Shown: one piece after another, positions 10,363-20,087 of the stretch
How positions within the stretch are numbered: the first letter of the stretch is position 1
Layout: each line of letters begins with the position of its first letter
Source: Methanothrix sp.
GTDB lineage: Archaea; Halobacteriota; Methanosarcinia; Methanotrichales; Methanotrichaceae
Direction of reading: 5' to 3'
NCBI GenBank assembly: GCA_963682135.1
Contig: OY821645.1
Location: 288,001-352,000 of the forward strand
DNA: 64,000 bases
Made by a program: the position numbers and the translations under genes
The notes under the pieces: model-generated
What the model saw: only the letters and a program-made list of their open reading frames with translations
What the model was told of the DNA's origin: nothing
The model's database searches: none

Positions 10363-11043
10363 CTAAATCCAATTTACGGTTATCTCATCCCCAATCTCGA
10401 TGAGCACTGCAAATCCCTGTCGCAACTCTCCCACATTGACGATCCTGGTGGTTCCGATGAAGCTCATTCCGCGCGCCTCGTGGATATGCCCGCAGAGCAA
10501 TAGAGCGGGCTGATACTCTTCCACGAAGCGGCGCAGGCTGACCGATCCCGAGCTTTCCCCATTGTAAAGAGTATCCTGTGCCCCCCGAGGCGGCTGATGG
10601 ACAACCACTATCTTGATTCTTGCATCAATTATATCCTGATAAGCCGTAGCTAGAGTTTCATACACCTCAATATCATGGTGATAGTAGCGAGCAGGGTCTA
10701 CCAGACGCCGGGGATCTTTCGCTATCATTCCGCCCATGCCCAGAAAGCCGATGTCTCCAAGGCAAAAGGAGGAGCGATGTATCATTTGCAGACCCGCTTC
10801 ATCCCATAGATCAGGCACTACATCTCTGTGGTCCATATTTCCGGGAACGATGAGCACCGACGGCCCCAGACCGGCCAGGGCAAGAGCCGCAGGACGGGCT
10901 TTCTCCCTGTTGCCCCCATTGTGCAGATCGCCGCAAAAGACAATGAGATTTGCATCAATACCCCTCAGTCGATCAAGCATATCGATGCGGTCATGCAGAT
11001 CTGCTAGCCCTAAAATCCTAAGAGTTTTCTTTGCTCCGGCCAT
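10363..11043 (-). CDS. Calcineurin-like metallophosphoesterase
   Basis: Motifs DLH, CGDL, PGNMD, HQPP and CGHIHE. Confidence 0.9.
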   Translation of the reverse strand: MAGAKKTLRILGLADLHDRIDMLDRLRGIDANLIVFCGDLHNGGNREKARPAALALAGLGPSVLIVPGNMDHRDVVPDLWDEAGLQMIHRSSFCLGDIGFLGMGGMIAKDPRRLVDPARYYHHDIEVYETLATAYQDIIDARIKIVVVHQPPRGAQDTLYNGESSGSVSLRRFVEEYQPALLLCGHIHEARGMSFIGTTRIVNVGELRQGFAVLIEIGDEITVNWI

Positions 11044-11101
11044 ATTCCATTCAGATATTTCCAAGCGCCAGGATGATATAAATAGAATACGAGGAGAAAA
11101 C

Positions 11102-11713
11102 ATGAAAGAATCAATATTATTTCTCATATGCATGGCATTTCTGGCTTGCATTGTAGGGCTGGCTTCTTTTGCATCCGCCGAATGTTCATCTTGCATGAAA
11201 GAAGGCGACTGGAGCCAGAGCGCCAACAACTTTATTGAAGGCAAACCCACAAGCGACGTGCCCGTCGATTTCGGTCCAAAAGTAGCAAGAAAGACCACGT
11301 CACAATTCGATAAAACAAATGCAGCTACCGATGCCGCGTCGCAGCCTCAAACTGCCGAATTAATTCTCAAAAGCATCAATGCTACTCCAGCTTTGGCATA
11401 CTCTTCAAGCACGGTAAAGATCACAGCCGCTTTTGCCCAAAACGGCTCTACAGAGGAGGAAAACCAGGCGGAAATACAGTTAACAGCAACAGCTTCCATC
11501 AAAGATGCGACCGGCAAAGAGGTGGAAAAGCTCAACCTGATTAAGACATCAGGAAATGAGTATTCCAAAGATTGGACGGTTAATGTCCCGGCCGGTGTCT
11601 ACAGTGTGGACATCGCTGCCTCATCTCTCGATGGAGCAGGAAATTTCGTCAATGCTCTGCAAATTGAGGTAGTCGACTCCGGAAATGCTACAGGGGCAGC
11701 TCCAGTAGCATAA
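11102..11713 (+). CDS. Secreted hypothetical protein (N-terminal CxxC, C-terminal Ig-like region)
   Basis: Signal peptide ending ASA, then ECSSC; beta-rich C-terminus with GVYSVDI. Confidence 0.7.
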   Translation: MKESILFLICMAFLACIVGLASFASAECSSCMKEGDWSQSANNFIEGKPTSDVPVDFGPKVARKTTSQFDKTNAATDAASQPQTAELILKSINATPALAYSSSTVKITAAFAQNGSTEEENQAEIQLTATASIKDATGKEVEKLNLIKTSGNEYSKDWTVNVPAGVYSVDIAASSLDGAGNFVNALQIEVVDSGNATGAAPVA

Positions 11714-11808
11714 GGCAATTGAAAGGCAAAGCTGGCGAAAAAGCCGGCTTTCCATTTTTTTTTTAATCGTTAAATAATAATATCTTAAAAATTTTTAAAA
11801 TATTGCTA

Positions 11809-11880
11809 TGGACTTGACGGGATTCGAACCCGTGGCCTCCGCCTTGCGAAGGCGGCGATCTACCACTGATCTACAAGCCC
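11809..11880 (-). tRNA. tRNA-Ala(CGC)
   Basis: Reverse complement reads GGGCTTGTAGATCAGTGGTAGATCG-CCGCC-TT-CGC-AA-GGCGG-AGGCCACGGGTTCGAATCCCGTCAAGTCCA; the cloverleaf folds. Confidence 0.95.
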
Positions 11881-11898
11881 AACAATAAAGAGAGTGGT

Positions 11899-12168
11899 TT
11901 AGAGGAGTCCGACCTCTTCCACCTCTGCCGATTCTACGCCGGGTAAATTGCGGACTGCTTCTTCAATCTCATCCGGGCTTCTGCCTCCCTTATCGTCCAT
12001 TATTGTTACGACGATCAAGGCCTTCAAACCAAAGGCTATGGGCACTTCCTGAATGGCATGCAGCCTGGCAAAGGATGGCACTACCTTCTTGATCTCCTCG
12101 GCGAGCTTTTTCAGATCTACATCCATGCTCTCCGGCATAACCTTCATTCTTACTGCTGCGTCTCCCAT
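11899..12168 (-). CDS. ef1b: Archaeal elongation factor 1-beta
   Basis: KVMPES...EVPIAFGLKAL...GVESAEVEEV. Confidence 0.95.
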   Translation of the reverse strand: MGDAAVRMKVMPESMDVDLKKLAEEIKKVVPSFARLHAIQEVPIAFGLKALIVVTIMDDKGGRSPDEIEEAVRNLPGVESAEVEEVGLL

Positions 12169-12178
12169 CGATTACACC

Positions 12179-12349
12179 TCACGGTCCTGAGAAGCCACAG
12201 ACTTTGCAGGAATAAACGTTGCTCTGCTTTTTACATTTGTTGCATCTGGCAATTACGGTTCCGCAGCTGGGGCAGGGAAACTTCGTCCCACCCACGCCGG
12301 TCAGCGCAACGCCACATGATATGCATTTCTCTGGTATTTCTTCCTTCAT
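12179..12349 (-). CDS. Small double zinc-ribbon protein (HVO_2753/DUF1610-like)
   Basis: CISCG...FPCPSCG...RCNKCKKQSNVYSCKVCGFSGP; occupies the conserved position upstream of EF-1beta. Confidence 0.9.
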   Translation of the reverse strand: MKEEIPEKCISCGVALTGVGGTKFPCPSCGTVIARCNKCKKQSNVYSCKVCGFSGP

Positions 12350-13071
12350 GTTATCTCCTCCCAAGTTGATGTATTTCTCTGTATAAACCTTCCCATAGAT
12401 AGACCGAAATCAGGATGATTTTTGCCGCAATTGCTCTCTTGCCAGGCCTTGATAATTGTACCGCCCTCGTTGCTCTTAAGGGCTCTGATGAATTGCTGCG
12501 CATCGGTGCCGTTGAGCACCCAGATGCTGTTTCCTCTAAGAGGACCACAGAGAAGCTTAATTGTGCCCTGATCTACGCAGCTTTTGCGTCCCAGCATGCA
12601 GTTTGCCGGCACCTCTGAAACTACTTTTCCGTCAAGCATCACTCCATCCACATCAGTAGCCTTAATGAGTGGGGCAGATAGCTGTGCGGCGACAAGAGCC
12701 GCCACTGCGTCCGAGGTATAGTCCCAGTTATGCAGAAGACCGCGATCATTCTTAAGGAGGACCTGGTAGGGCAAGAGAACTTGCACGCCGCAATCCTTTT
12801 TCGGGCGGCAAATTTCCCTGGTGAGAACATCCCCATTTCCGTCCGCCAGAAAATAGGCATATTGCTCCATGGCTAAGATAGCCATCCAGTGCGCGGCCTC
12901 CTGGCTGAGATCGCCACGAGAGTAGATATCTCGCACCAGATCGGCCATGGGACCGCCGCCCGGTACCACCAGGAAGCTGTAGCCTTCCTCCGCGAGGGCC
13001 AGGAGGGCGCGCATGAGTGGCCGGGCGCAGGCCATGAGGCTACCTCCCATCTTGAGAACATAAAATGGCAT
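12346..13071 (-). CDS. Amino-acid-kinase family protein (MfnE-like)
   Basis: VLKMGGSL, VVPGGGPMADLVR, AHWMAILAMEQY, WDYTSDAVA and KATDVDG. Confidence 0.8.
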   Translation of the reverse strand: MPFYVLKMGGSLMACARPLMRALLALAEEGYSFLVVPGGGPMADLVRDIYSRGDLSQEAAHWMAILAMEQYAYFLADGNGDVLTREICRPKKDCGVQVLLPYQVLLKNDRGLLHNWDYTSDAVAALVAAQLSAPLIKATDVDGVMLDGKVVSEVPANCMLGRKSCVDQGTIKLLCGPLRGNSIWVLNGTDAQQFIRALKSNEGGTIIKAWQESNCGKNHPDFGLSMGRFIQRNTSTWEEIT

Positions 13072-13251
13072 GAATCGAGAAATTGCCCTAACCAGTATTC
13101 ATAGTATCTTACTATCTTGTTGAAAAATTAGCCAAAGGCCGATTGGATGTAGGGTAGGGAAGGATTTTGCATTTCATCGACCTTTGCCGTACAGACATCC
13201 GACTTGAGCCGTAGATAAGCCTTTTGGTTGCAGCAACGTAAATCCAGCACA

Positions 13252-13677
13252 ATGAACGAAACGAAAAGGATTGTGACTCCCCTTCTGGCGGTGGATGCCG
13301 TCATATTTTTTGCGGGGGGAATTGTGCTCATCAAAAGAGATAACCCACCCTTTGCTGGCTGCTATGCCCTGCCTGGAGGATTTGTAGAGATGGGCGAGAC
13401 GGTTGAGGCGGCGGCAGCCAGGGAAGCCCGCGAGGAGACGGGCCTGGTCATTGAACTGCTGGGACTGGTGGGCATCTACTCGAACCCCGCCCGCGATCCC
13501 CGTGGCCATGTGGTCTCCGCTGCTTTTCTCGCCCGGGGCAGGGGCGAGCTGCAAGCCGGATCGGATGCCAGAACGGCTCAGGTCTTTTCCCTGAAAAGCC
13601 TGCCGCCTCTTGCGTTTGATCACGATAAAATCATAAGCGATGCGCTTTCTATGAACAATCAAATTAAAGTAGAGTGA
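13252..13677 (+). CDS. NUDIX hydrolase (ADP-ribose pyrophosphatase-like)
   Basis: Nudix box LPGGFVEMGETVEAAAAREAREETG, plus RDPRGH and LAFDH. Confidence 0.92.
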   Translation: MNETKRIVTPLLAVDAVIFFAGGIVLIKRDNPPFAGCYALPGGFVEMGETVEAAAAREAREETGLVIELLGLVGIYSNPARDPRGHVVSAAFLARGRGELQAGSDARTAQVFSLKSLPPLAFDHDKIISDALSMNNQIKVE

Positions 13678-13760
13678 TCGAGATTGGCTCAATCACCTTG
13701 AAGGGAAGAAGAGAGGGCATCAATTTCCCCTCGATCTTCCGGGCCTTTGGGAGATGTTTC

Positions 13761-15440
13761 ATGGAAGAGATCAGAGAGCTCGTAGAAAAGTATGCGCTGC
13801 AAAATGCCGTGAAGTACAAAGCCGCACCCAATGCCGGGGCGGTCATGGGCAAGCTCCTGGGCGAGCACGCGGACCTTCGCGCCCGGGCCAAAGAACTGTC
13901 GCCTCTGGTAAAAGAGGTACTGGAGGGCGTGGAGAAGACCAGCTTGAAAGAGTGGCAAGAGAGGCTGCAGGCCATCGCCCCGGAACTGCTGGCTGAGCTC
14001 TCTGAAAGGAAGGAGCCTGACAAGGGCCTGCCCGCTTTGCAGGGGGCAGAAAAAGGCGTGGTCATGCGCTTTGCTCCCAACCCCAATGGACCGCCGACGC
14101 TGGGCAGTGCGCGCGGCATCATCGTCAACTCAGAGTATGTGAAAAAGTACGGCGGCAAGTTCATCATTCGCTTTGATGACACCGATCCGGTAAAGAAGCG
14201 GCCCATGCCCGAGGCCTACGGTTGGTATCTAGAGGACTGCAAGTGGCTGGGCGCCTTGCCGGATCTGGTGATAACGGCCAGCGAGCGGGTTGACCAGTAC
14301 TACCCCATTGCCGAAGAGCTGATTTCTCGGGGCGGAGCCTATGTTTGCAGCTGTGCGCAGGCCGTCTTCAAAGAGCACAAGGATAAAGGAATAGAATGCG
14401 AGCATCGCAGTCAGAGCATCGAGCAGAATCTGGATCTGTGGCAGCAGATGCTCGACGGCCGCATGCCGGAAGGCGGTGCTGTCCTGCGGGTTAAGACAGA
14501 CATGCACCACAAGGATCCGGCCATACGCGACTGGCCTGCTTTTCGCATCGTCACCGCCTCTCATCCTCTGGTAGGAACAAAGTATCGCGTCTGGCCGCTG
14601 CTCGATTTTGAGTCGGCAGTGGAAGACCACCTGCTGGGGACCACGCATATCATTCGGGGCAAGGATCTGGCAGACAGCGGAAGCCGGCAGAGGTATCTTT
14701 ACGAATACTTGGGCTGGCAATACCCCCAGGTGATTCACTGGGGCAGGATCAAGATTCATCAGTTCGGCTCCTTCAGCACCAGCAAGCTTCGCAAAGCCAT
14801 CGAGGCCGGCGAGTATTCGGGCTGGGACGACCCGCGCGTCCCAACCGTGCGGGCCATGCGCTGCCGGGGCATCCGGCCTGAAGCGCTGCGCAAGTTCATG
14901 ATCGACCTGGGCGTGGGCGAGACGGACATCTCGATTAGCATGGACTCTATCTATGCCGAGAACCGCAAGATCATCGACCCCGAGGCCAACCGCCGCTTCT
15001 TCGTCTGGGATTCGGTAAAGCTGGAGATCGAGGGTGATGTGCCCGCATTAGCGCATGCGCCACTGCATCCCACGATAGATCGGGGCTTTAGGGAGATTCC
15101 TGCCGGAAACCGGATCTTCATCTGCAAGAGCGACCTCGCCGGCATGCAGGTGGGAGACAATATCCGCCTCAAGGATCTGTGTAACGTGGAAATCACAGGC
15201 CTGGAGCCGGCCAGGGCGCGCTTCCTGGGCAAGGATATGGGCAAGAGGACCAAGATCATTCAGTGGGCGCCCCTAGACGGACCGAAGGTGCGGGTGCTGA
15301 AGCCCGATGGAATGGACGAGGGCGTGGGCGAAGCGGGCATTGCCGAGGAGCTGGGTAAAGTGGTGCAGTTCGAGCGCTACGGATTTGTGCAGGTCAACTC
15401 AGTGGGTGAGATGATAGTGGCGAACTTTGCGCATCGATAA
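13761..15440 (+). CDS. gltX: Glutamate--tRNA ligase (archaeal)
   Basis: MRFAPNPNGPPTLGSARG, IRFDDTDP, THIIRGKD, GWDDPRVPT and VQFERYGF. Confidence 0.95.
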   Translation: MEEIRELVEKYALQNAVKYKAAPNAGAVMGKLLGEHADLRARAKELSPLVKEVLEGVEKTSLKEWQERLQAIAPELLAELSERKEPDKGLPALQGAEKGVVMRFAPNPNGPPTLGSARGIIVNSEYVKKYGGKFIIRFDDTDPVKKRPMPEAYGWYLEDCKWLGALPDLVITASERVDQYYPIAEELISRGGAYVCSCAQAVFKEHKDKGIECEHRSQSIEQNLDLWQQMLDGRMPEGGAVLRVKTDMHHKDPAIRDWPAFRIVTASHPLVGTKYRVWPLLDFESAVEDHLLGTTHIIRGKDLADSGSRQRYLYEYLGWQYPQVIHWGRIKIHQFGSFSTSKLRKAIEAGEYSGWDDPRVPTVRAMRCRGIRPEALRKFMIDLGVGETDISISMDSIYAENRKIIDPEANRRFFVWDSVKLEIEGDVPALAHAPLHPTIDRGFREIPAGNRIFICKSDLAGMQVGDNIRLKDLCNVEITGLEPARARFLGKDMGKRTKIIQWAPLDGPKVRVLKPDGMDEGVGEAGIAEELGKVVQFERYGFVQVNSVGEMIVANFAHR

Positions 15441-15591
15441 ATTGAGTAATTTTTTATTTATTTTACTTAATAGCCTATGACCACATATACAATTCATTTG
15501 GGATAACTCTATTAAGGAACGCCACCGAATTGATAGCATATCGTCCTTCTGGAATCATATGAGATATTGATATATTAATTGGAGCGGAATA

Positions 15592-16797
15592 ATGACCCGA
15601 AAAGAAGAAAGAATGCCGATGATTGTCGAAATTAAACTTAGCAATCTGCTGTCTTTCGGACCCGATACGGAGCCATTAGCTCTAAAGAATCTCAATATGC
15701 TAATAGGCACTAATGGCTCGGGAAAGTCCAACTTCATTGAGGCAATATCCCTCCTGCGCTCCGCTCCGAGCGACATACGCGCGGTCATTCGTCGCGGGGG
15801 AGGCGTTAGTGACTGGATATGGAAAGGGGATTCAGAAGGTGTTGCCTCTATCGATGTCGTAATCGGAAATCCTCAAGGAAGCATGCCGCTACGCCATGTC
15901 CTAGCCTTTCGAAAAGTGAATCATGCATTCAGCATGGTGGAAGAACGAATCGAGAACGAGAAATCCTATCCAGATTATAATGCGCCCTATTTCTACTATA
16001 ACTATAAGGATGGAAATCCGGTTGTCAACATCAGGAACAAAGGCGAAGATGACAAAACAGAACAACGCAAACTAAAACCTGAGACAATCGATTCGGATCA
16101 ATCCATACTAGCCCAGCGACGAGATCCTGAGACATATCCAGAAATCTCATATCTGGCAAACGCTTATGATAAGATTAAGATATACCGGGAGTGGTACTTT
16201 GGACGTAACGCAGTCTTCCGCGAGCCGCAGAAGGCCGACATGCGTAATGATCGACTGGAGGAAGACTTCTCGAACTTGGGCCTGTTCCTGAACCGTCTGC
16301 GTAGAGTGCCGAAGGCGAAGAATATGATTCTCGAAGCACTTGGTGACCTCTACGAAGGCTTCGATGACTTCGATGTGAGCATCGAAGGCGGCGCGGTCCA
16401 GGTATTTTTCACCGAAGGAGATTTTACAATCCCAGCAACCAGGCTATCGGACGGGACTCTGCGATATCTCTGTTTGTTGGCGATTCTGTGCGATCCATCA
16501 CCGCCACCGCTCATCTGTATCGAGGAGCCAGAACTCGGTCTTCATCCAGACATCCTTCCTAAAGTAGCCGACCTGCTCTATGCCGCCTCAGAGCGCACTC
16601 AGTTAATCGTAACCACACACTCGGACATACTCGTCGATGCGATGACTGAGCAACCAGATGCTGTCCTCGTCTGTGAGAAGCATGATGGCCGGACAAAAAT
16701 CAGAAGACTCGAAAGCGAGAAGCTTGAAAAATGGCTGATGGACTATCGTCTGGGCGAACTCTGGACCCGTGGTGCGCTCGGGGGTACGAGATGGTGA
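15592..16797 (+). CDS. AAA_21/ABC-type ATPase
   Basis: Walker A GTNGSGKS, signature LSDGTLR, Walker B IEEPELGLHP, and VTTHS H-loop. Confidence 0.9.
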   Translation: MTRKEERMPMIVEIKLSNLLSFGPDTEPLALKNLNMLIGTNGSGKSNFIEAISLLRSAPSDIRAVIRRGGGVSDWIWKGDSEGVASIDVVIGNPQGSMPLRHVLAFRKVNHAFSMVEERIENEKSYPDYNAPYFYYNYKDGNPVVNIRNKGEDDKTEQRKLKPETIDSDQSILAQRRDPETYPEISYLANAYDKIKIYREWYFGRNAVFREPQKADMRNDRLEEDFSNLGLFLNRLRRVPKAKNMILEALGDLYEGFDDFDVSIEGGAVQVFFTEGDFTIPATRLSDGTLRYLCLLAILCDPSPPPLICIEEPELGLHPDILPKVADLLYAASERTQLIVTTHSDILVDAMTEQPDAVLVCEKHDGRTKIRRLESEKLEKWLMDYRLGELWTRGALGGTRW

Positions 16798-17393
16798 GCG
16801 TAACGATATTTGTCGAAGGAGGCGGTGAGAGCAAAGAACTCAAATCGCGATGCCGTGAAGGTTTCAGCAAGCTCATTAAGAAAATGGGCTTTGTCGGACA
16901 TATGCCGAAAATCGTTGCTTGCGGAGGACGCAAAAATGCCTATGACATGTTCAATATAGCTATGACATCAGCTGGATATGATGAATATCCGATACTTTTG
17001 GTCGATAGCGAAGATCCGATTTCCTCGGACCGTCCTTGGGATCATCTTCATGTCCGCGACAGATGGGACCGTCCAGTTGGTGCAAACGATGATCAAGCTC
17101 AGATGATGGCGACTTGCATGGAGACGTGGATAATGGCGGATCATGAGGCCCTGCAAAAAGTATTCGGTTACTGCCTCCGGAGAGGATCTCTCATCCCGGC
17201 AAACAATTTAGAGGAAAGATCAAGGCAAGAACTGCTGGAGGCGCTCAAATCTGCTACGGATAATTGTGGAAGAAACAAAGGATACGATAAAGGAAAACGT
17301 TCATTCCAGATTTTGGCTGAACTGAATACCAGATCGCTTGAGAACTTGAGCTATTTCTGCCGGTTCAAAGAAGCACTTAGCAGGCATCTATAA
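16791..17393 (+). CDS. DUF4276-like (TOPRIM-type) partner protein
   Basis: IFVEGGG, LLVDSE, METWIMAD and YDKG motifs; start overlaps the ATPase stop. Confidence 0.75.
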   Translation: MVSVTIFVEGGGESKELKSRCREGFSKLIKKMGFVGHMPKIVACGGRKNAYDMFNIAMTSAGYDEYPILLVDSEDPISSDRPWDHLHVRDRWDRPVGANDDQAQMMATCMETWIMADHEALQKVFGYCLRRGSLIPANNLEERSRQELLEALKSATDNCGRNKGYDKGKRSFQILAELNTRSLENLSYFCRFKEALSRHL

Positions 17394-17415
17394 TCGCCAT
17401 GCTTGTTCGGACTAC

Positions 17416-18243
17416 TTAAATTGGGTGCAGATTCAACGGCAGCAATGCCGCCGCGAGAAAAGCCGCCAGCGCCACAGCCATTCCCTTTTTCAGCGCCTTT
17501 TGACAGCCTGTCGCATCCCCGCGGGCGATCTTCTGCACGGAAAGCAGGAAGAAGAGATCCGCCACTACTACTATCGCTAAATACACTTTGCCGAAAGGAG
17601 CAAAGAATCCTAAGCCTACCGCCGCCAGAGCGAAGGCCGCGGCCAGCGCCGCGCTGGCGCGCTCGCCTGCCAGTATGGGCAATGTGCGCGCCCCGCCTTG
17701 CCGGTCGCCTGCCATATCCTCGATGTCTTTGGCGATCTCCCGGCTCATGCTGACCAGAAAGGAGAGGAAAAATGGAACCTTGTTGGCCAGCAGGCCCGCT
17801 GCGCCTGCTGCTGCGCCTCCGAAGAGAAAGGTGGAGCCGGTGAGAAAGGCAACTGTGATGTTCCCGGCCAGCGGCATGGCCTTGAGGCTTCTGGCATAAA
17901 GAAAGAGGAGAATCGAGTTAAAGGCAGCAACAGTCAGACATATCTGGTTCACCAAACCCGCGAAAAGGCATCCTGCCGCAAAGAGGGCCAGAGAATAATA
18001 AAAAGCCGCTTGCGCACTCATGCGCCCGCTGGGAATGGGCCGCCCCGGCCTATTTATGGCATCAATTTCTCGATCGTAGTAATCGTTAATGGCGTTTCCC
18101 GCGCCCGTAATCAGGAAGACTGTGAGGAAGATGAGTGCTGCTGCTTCTGCATGCAGACCTCGGGCGATGGCAAGACCAATGATAGCCGCAGCTGCCGCCA
18201 TCATGCAGTTGAATGGACGCAATATCTCCCAGTATGCTCTCAA
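17416..18243 (-). CDS. Digeranylgeranylglyceryl phosphate synthase (UbiA family)
   Basis: GNAINDYYDREIDAINRPGRPIPSG and REIAKDIEDMAGD; multiple TM helices. Confidence 0.9.
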   Translation of the reverse strand: MRAYWEILRPFNCMMAAAAAIIGLAIARGLHAEAAALIFLTVFLITGAGNAINDYYDREIDAINRPGRPIPSGRMSAQAAFYYSLALFAAGCLFAGLVNQICLTVAAFNSILLFLYARSLKAMPLAGNITVAFLTGSTFLFGGAAAGAAGLLANKVPFFLSFLVSMSREIAKDIEDMAGDRQGGARTLPILAGERASAALAAAFALAAVGLGFFAPFGKVYLAIVVVADLFFLLSVQKIARGDATGCQKALKKGMAVALAAFLAAALLPLNLHPI

Positions 18244-18267
18244 TGTAAGCCAAGCCCCTGGCGGCCT

Positions 18268-18600
18268 CTAGCCTGAGATGCCGCGCACCAAGTAGAGCAG
18301 ATAGAACTCAGTTAAGTAGCTATCGATGTTGCGCCGGGCTGGTTTGTCGAAGGCTATCTCCTGGACGGGCCGGGTGAGCTTTAAAAGATAGGTGCTGCTG
18401 GCGGGAACTTTCTCGCGATAAATGAGACCGCAGCTTTGCATCTTGCATACTATCTTTGAGCACTTGCTGCTGTCGATGGACATGAGACGGCGCAGCTCCG
18501 ACTGATAAAGGCCGTCTCCTTGCGAGCCGATAAGATCAAGTGCTTTCTCCTGCAGAGCAGAGACGCTGTTGGAGGGATCGTTTATCGAATTTTTTGACAT
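18268..18600 (-). CDS. Winged-helix (MarR-like) DNA-binding protein
   Basis: GLYQSELRRLMSIDSSKCSKIVCKMQSCGLIYREKV...TYLL. Confidence 0.75.
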   Translation of the reverse strand: MSKNSINDPSNSVSALQEKALDLIGSQGDGLYQSELRRLMSIDSSKCSKIVCKMQSCGLIYREKVPASSTYLLKLTRPVQEIAFDKPARRNIDSYLTEFYLLYLVRGISG

Positions 18601-18935
18601 TTCTACCACAGAGCCAATCTTAGACTTAATTTAATTTGATATACTGTCATGAGGTACTTTTAGTATAAAATCTTTTTGTAATTGTGTCATATTTGGCTCA
18701 AATATTGGGAGAAATCCTAATAGCAGTAAGATAAATTCATGATTGATTTTTATTAATGTATTCTAAATAAAATATACGATTTTATAGTAATTCTTTTCAA
18801 GAAGTACGTCTTTCGCCTAATTGGATATTCATCTCATTACGATCCGATTGATGCTGAAATACCTCTGGCTCATGCTTTCCTTCTCAAAGAGATCATTGGA
18901 AATATTTATTAGCCATCCGAACAAAACCACGTTTT

Positions 18936-19466
18936 ATGTCAGATCCATTTATTGGCGAAATCAGATTGTTTGCAGGCAATTTTGCGCCACTTGACTGGGC
19001 ATTTTGCGACGGCCAGATTATGCAAATAGCTCAAAACACGGCTCTATACTCCATCCTGGGCACAACGTACGGAGGAGATGGAAAGACAACATTTGCTCTG
19101 CCCAATCTCATGGGAAGGATTCCCCTTAGTTTTGGGCAGGGGCCCGGACTCACTAAACATGAACTGGGCGAGACATTTGGAAGCGAGACCATCACACTGA
19201 GCGCAAATCAGATGTCAGCGCACAGTCATTCCGCCACCGTCAAAGCTGCAAACGCTGGCACCACCAATCAGCCGCAAAATAACCTCTTTGGCAAGATCGC
19301 CAGATCTAATATTTATAATACGCCTGATGCAGCTCTAGCAAACATGGCCGAAGGATCTCTTTCCCTGTCTAATTCCGGTGGATCTCAGCCTCATTCCAAT
19401 ATGCAGCCATACTTGACTTTAAGCTTCATCATCTGCGTTTATGGACTCTATCCTGTAAGGGATTAG
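18936..19466 (+). CDS. Phage tail-collar domain protein ('microcystin-dependent protein' type) 1
   Basis: PFIGEIRLFAGNFAP-WAFCDGQ...LYSILGTTYGGDGKTTFALPNLMGR; HSH; PHSNMQPY...GLYPVR. Confidence 0.92.
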   Translation: MSDPFIGEIRLFAGNFAPLDWAFCDGQIMQIAQNTALYSILGTTYGGDGKTTFALPNLMGRIPLSFGQGPGLTKHELGETFGSETITLSANQMSAHSHSATVKAANAGTTNQPQNNLFGKIARSNIYNTPDAALANMAEGSLSLSNSGGSQPHSNMQPYLTLSFIICVYGLYPVRD

Positions 19467-19541
19467 AATTAAGGTAAAGATGCAAAGGCAGATAAAAAAT
19501 TACAAGAAATATTTAATAGCTTAAATATCGATGGAGAAACT

Positions 19542-20072
19542 ATGTCAGAAGGATTTATTGGTGAGATAAGAATGTTTGCAGGCGGTTTTGCTCCACAAGG
19601 TTGGATGGAGTGCAACGGACAGGTCCTGACCATATCTCAATATAATGCGCTCTACAGTATTCTGGGTATAGCATATGGCGGCAATGGAACGACGACCTTT
19701 GCTCTTCCCAATCTCAATGGGCGGGTGCCGATGCATTTCGGCCAGGGACAGGGACAAAACCACATCATTGGCGAGTCGGCAGGATCGAGCAGTGTGGCAT
19801 TTTCAGTTGATCAAATGCCTACCCATTCGCATAACGCCAGACTGAAGGGAGCGAGCCAGGGCAACAGGGATTCGCCCGCTGGAAATGTACCAGGCGCTAC
19901 TGCAGGCATCAAGGCATACAGTCAGTCCTCCGGAGGCACTCTGGCCAATATGGATGGGCAGTCTGTGGTCATCGGCAATGCCGGTGCATCTGCGCCACAC
20001 GAGAATATGCAGCCATATATCGTTACGAATTTCATAATCTGCGTGTCAGGAATCTATCCGTCGCGATCATAA
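19542..20072 (+). CDS. Phage tail-collar domain protein 2
   Basis: FIGEIRMFAGGFAPQGWMECNGQ...TFALPNLNGR; HSH; PHENMQPY...GIYPSR. Confidence 0.92.
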   Translation: MSEGFIGEIRMFAGGFAPQGWMECNGQVLTISQYNALYSILGIAYGGNGTTTFALPNLNGRVPMHFGQGQGQNHIIGESAGSSSVAFSVDQMPTHSHNARLKGASQGNRDSPAGNVPGATAGIKAYSQSSGGTLANMDGQSVVIGNAGASAPHENMQPYIVTNFIICVSGIYPSRS

Positions 20073-20087
20073 ATTGGAGGAAATTAC

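Noticed and set aside
10736-11298. Long overlap between divergent ORFs in the track
   Set aside because: Artefact of upstream start choice; the likely starts are 11043 (-) and 11102 (+).
14065-14115. Non-canonical HIGH motif (TLGS) in GluRS
   Set aside because: As I recall, this variant is normal in Methanosarcinales-type GluRS.
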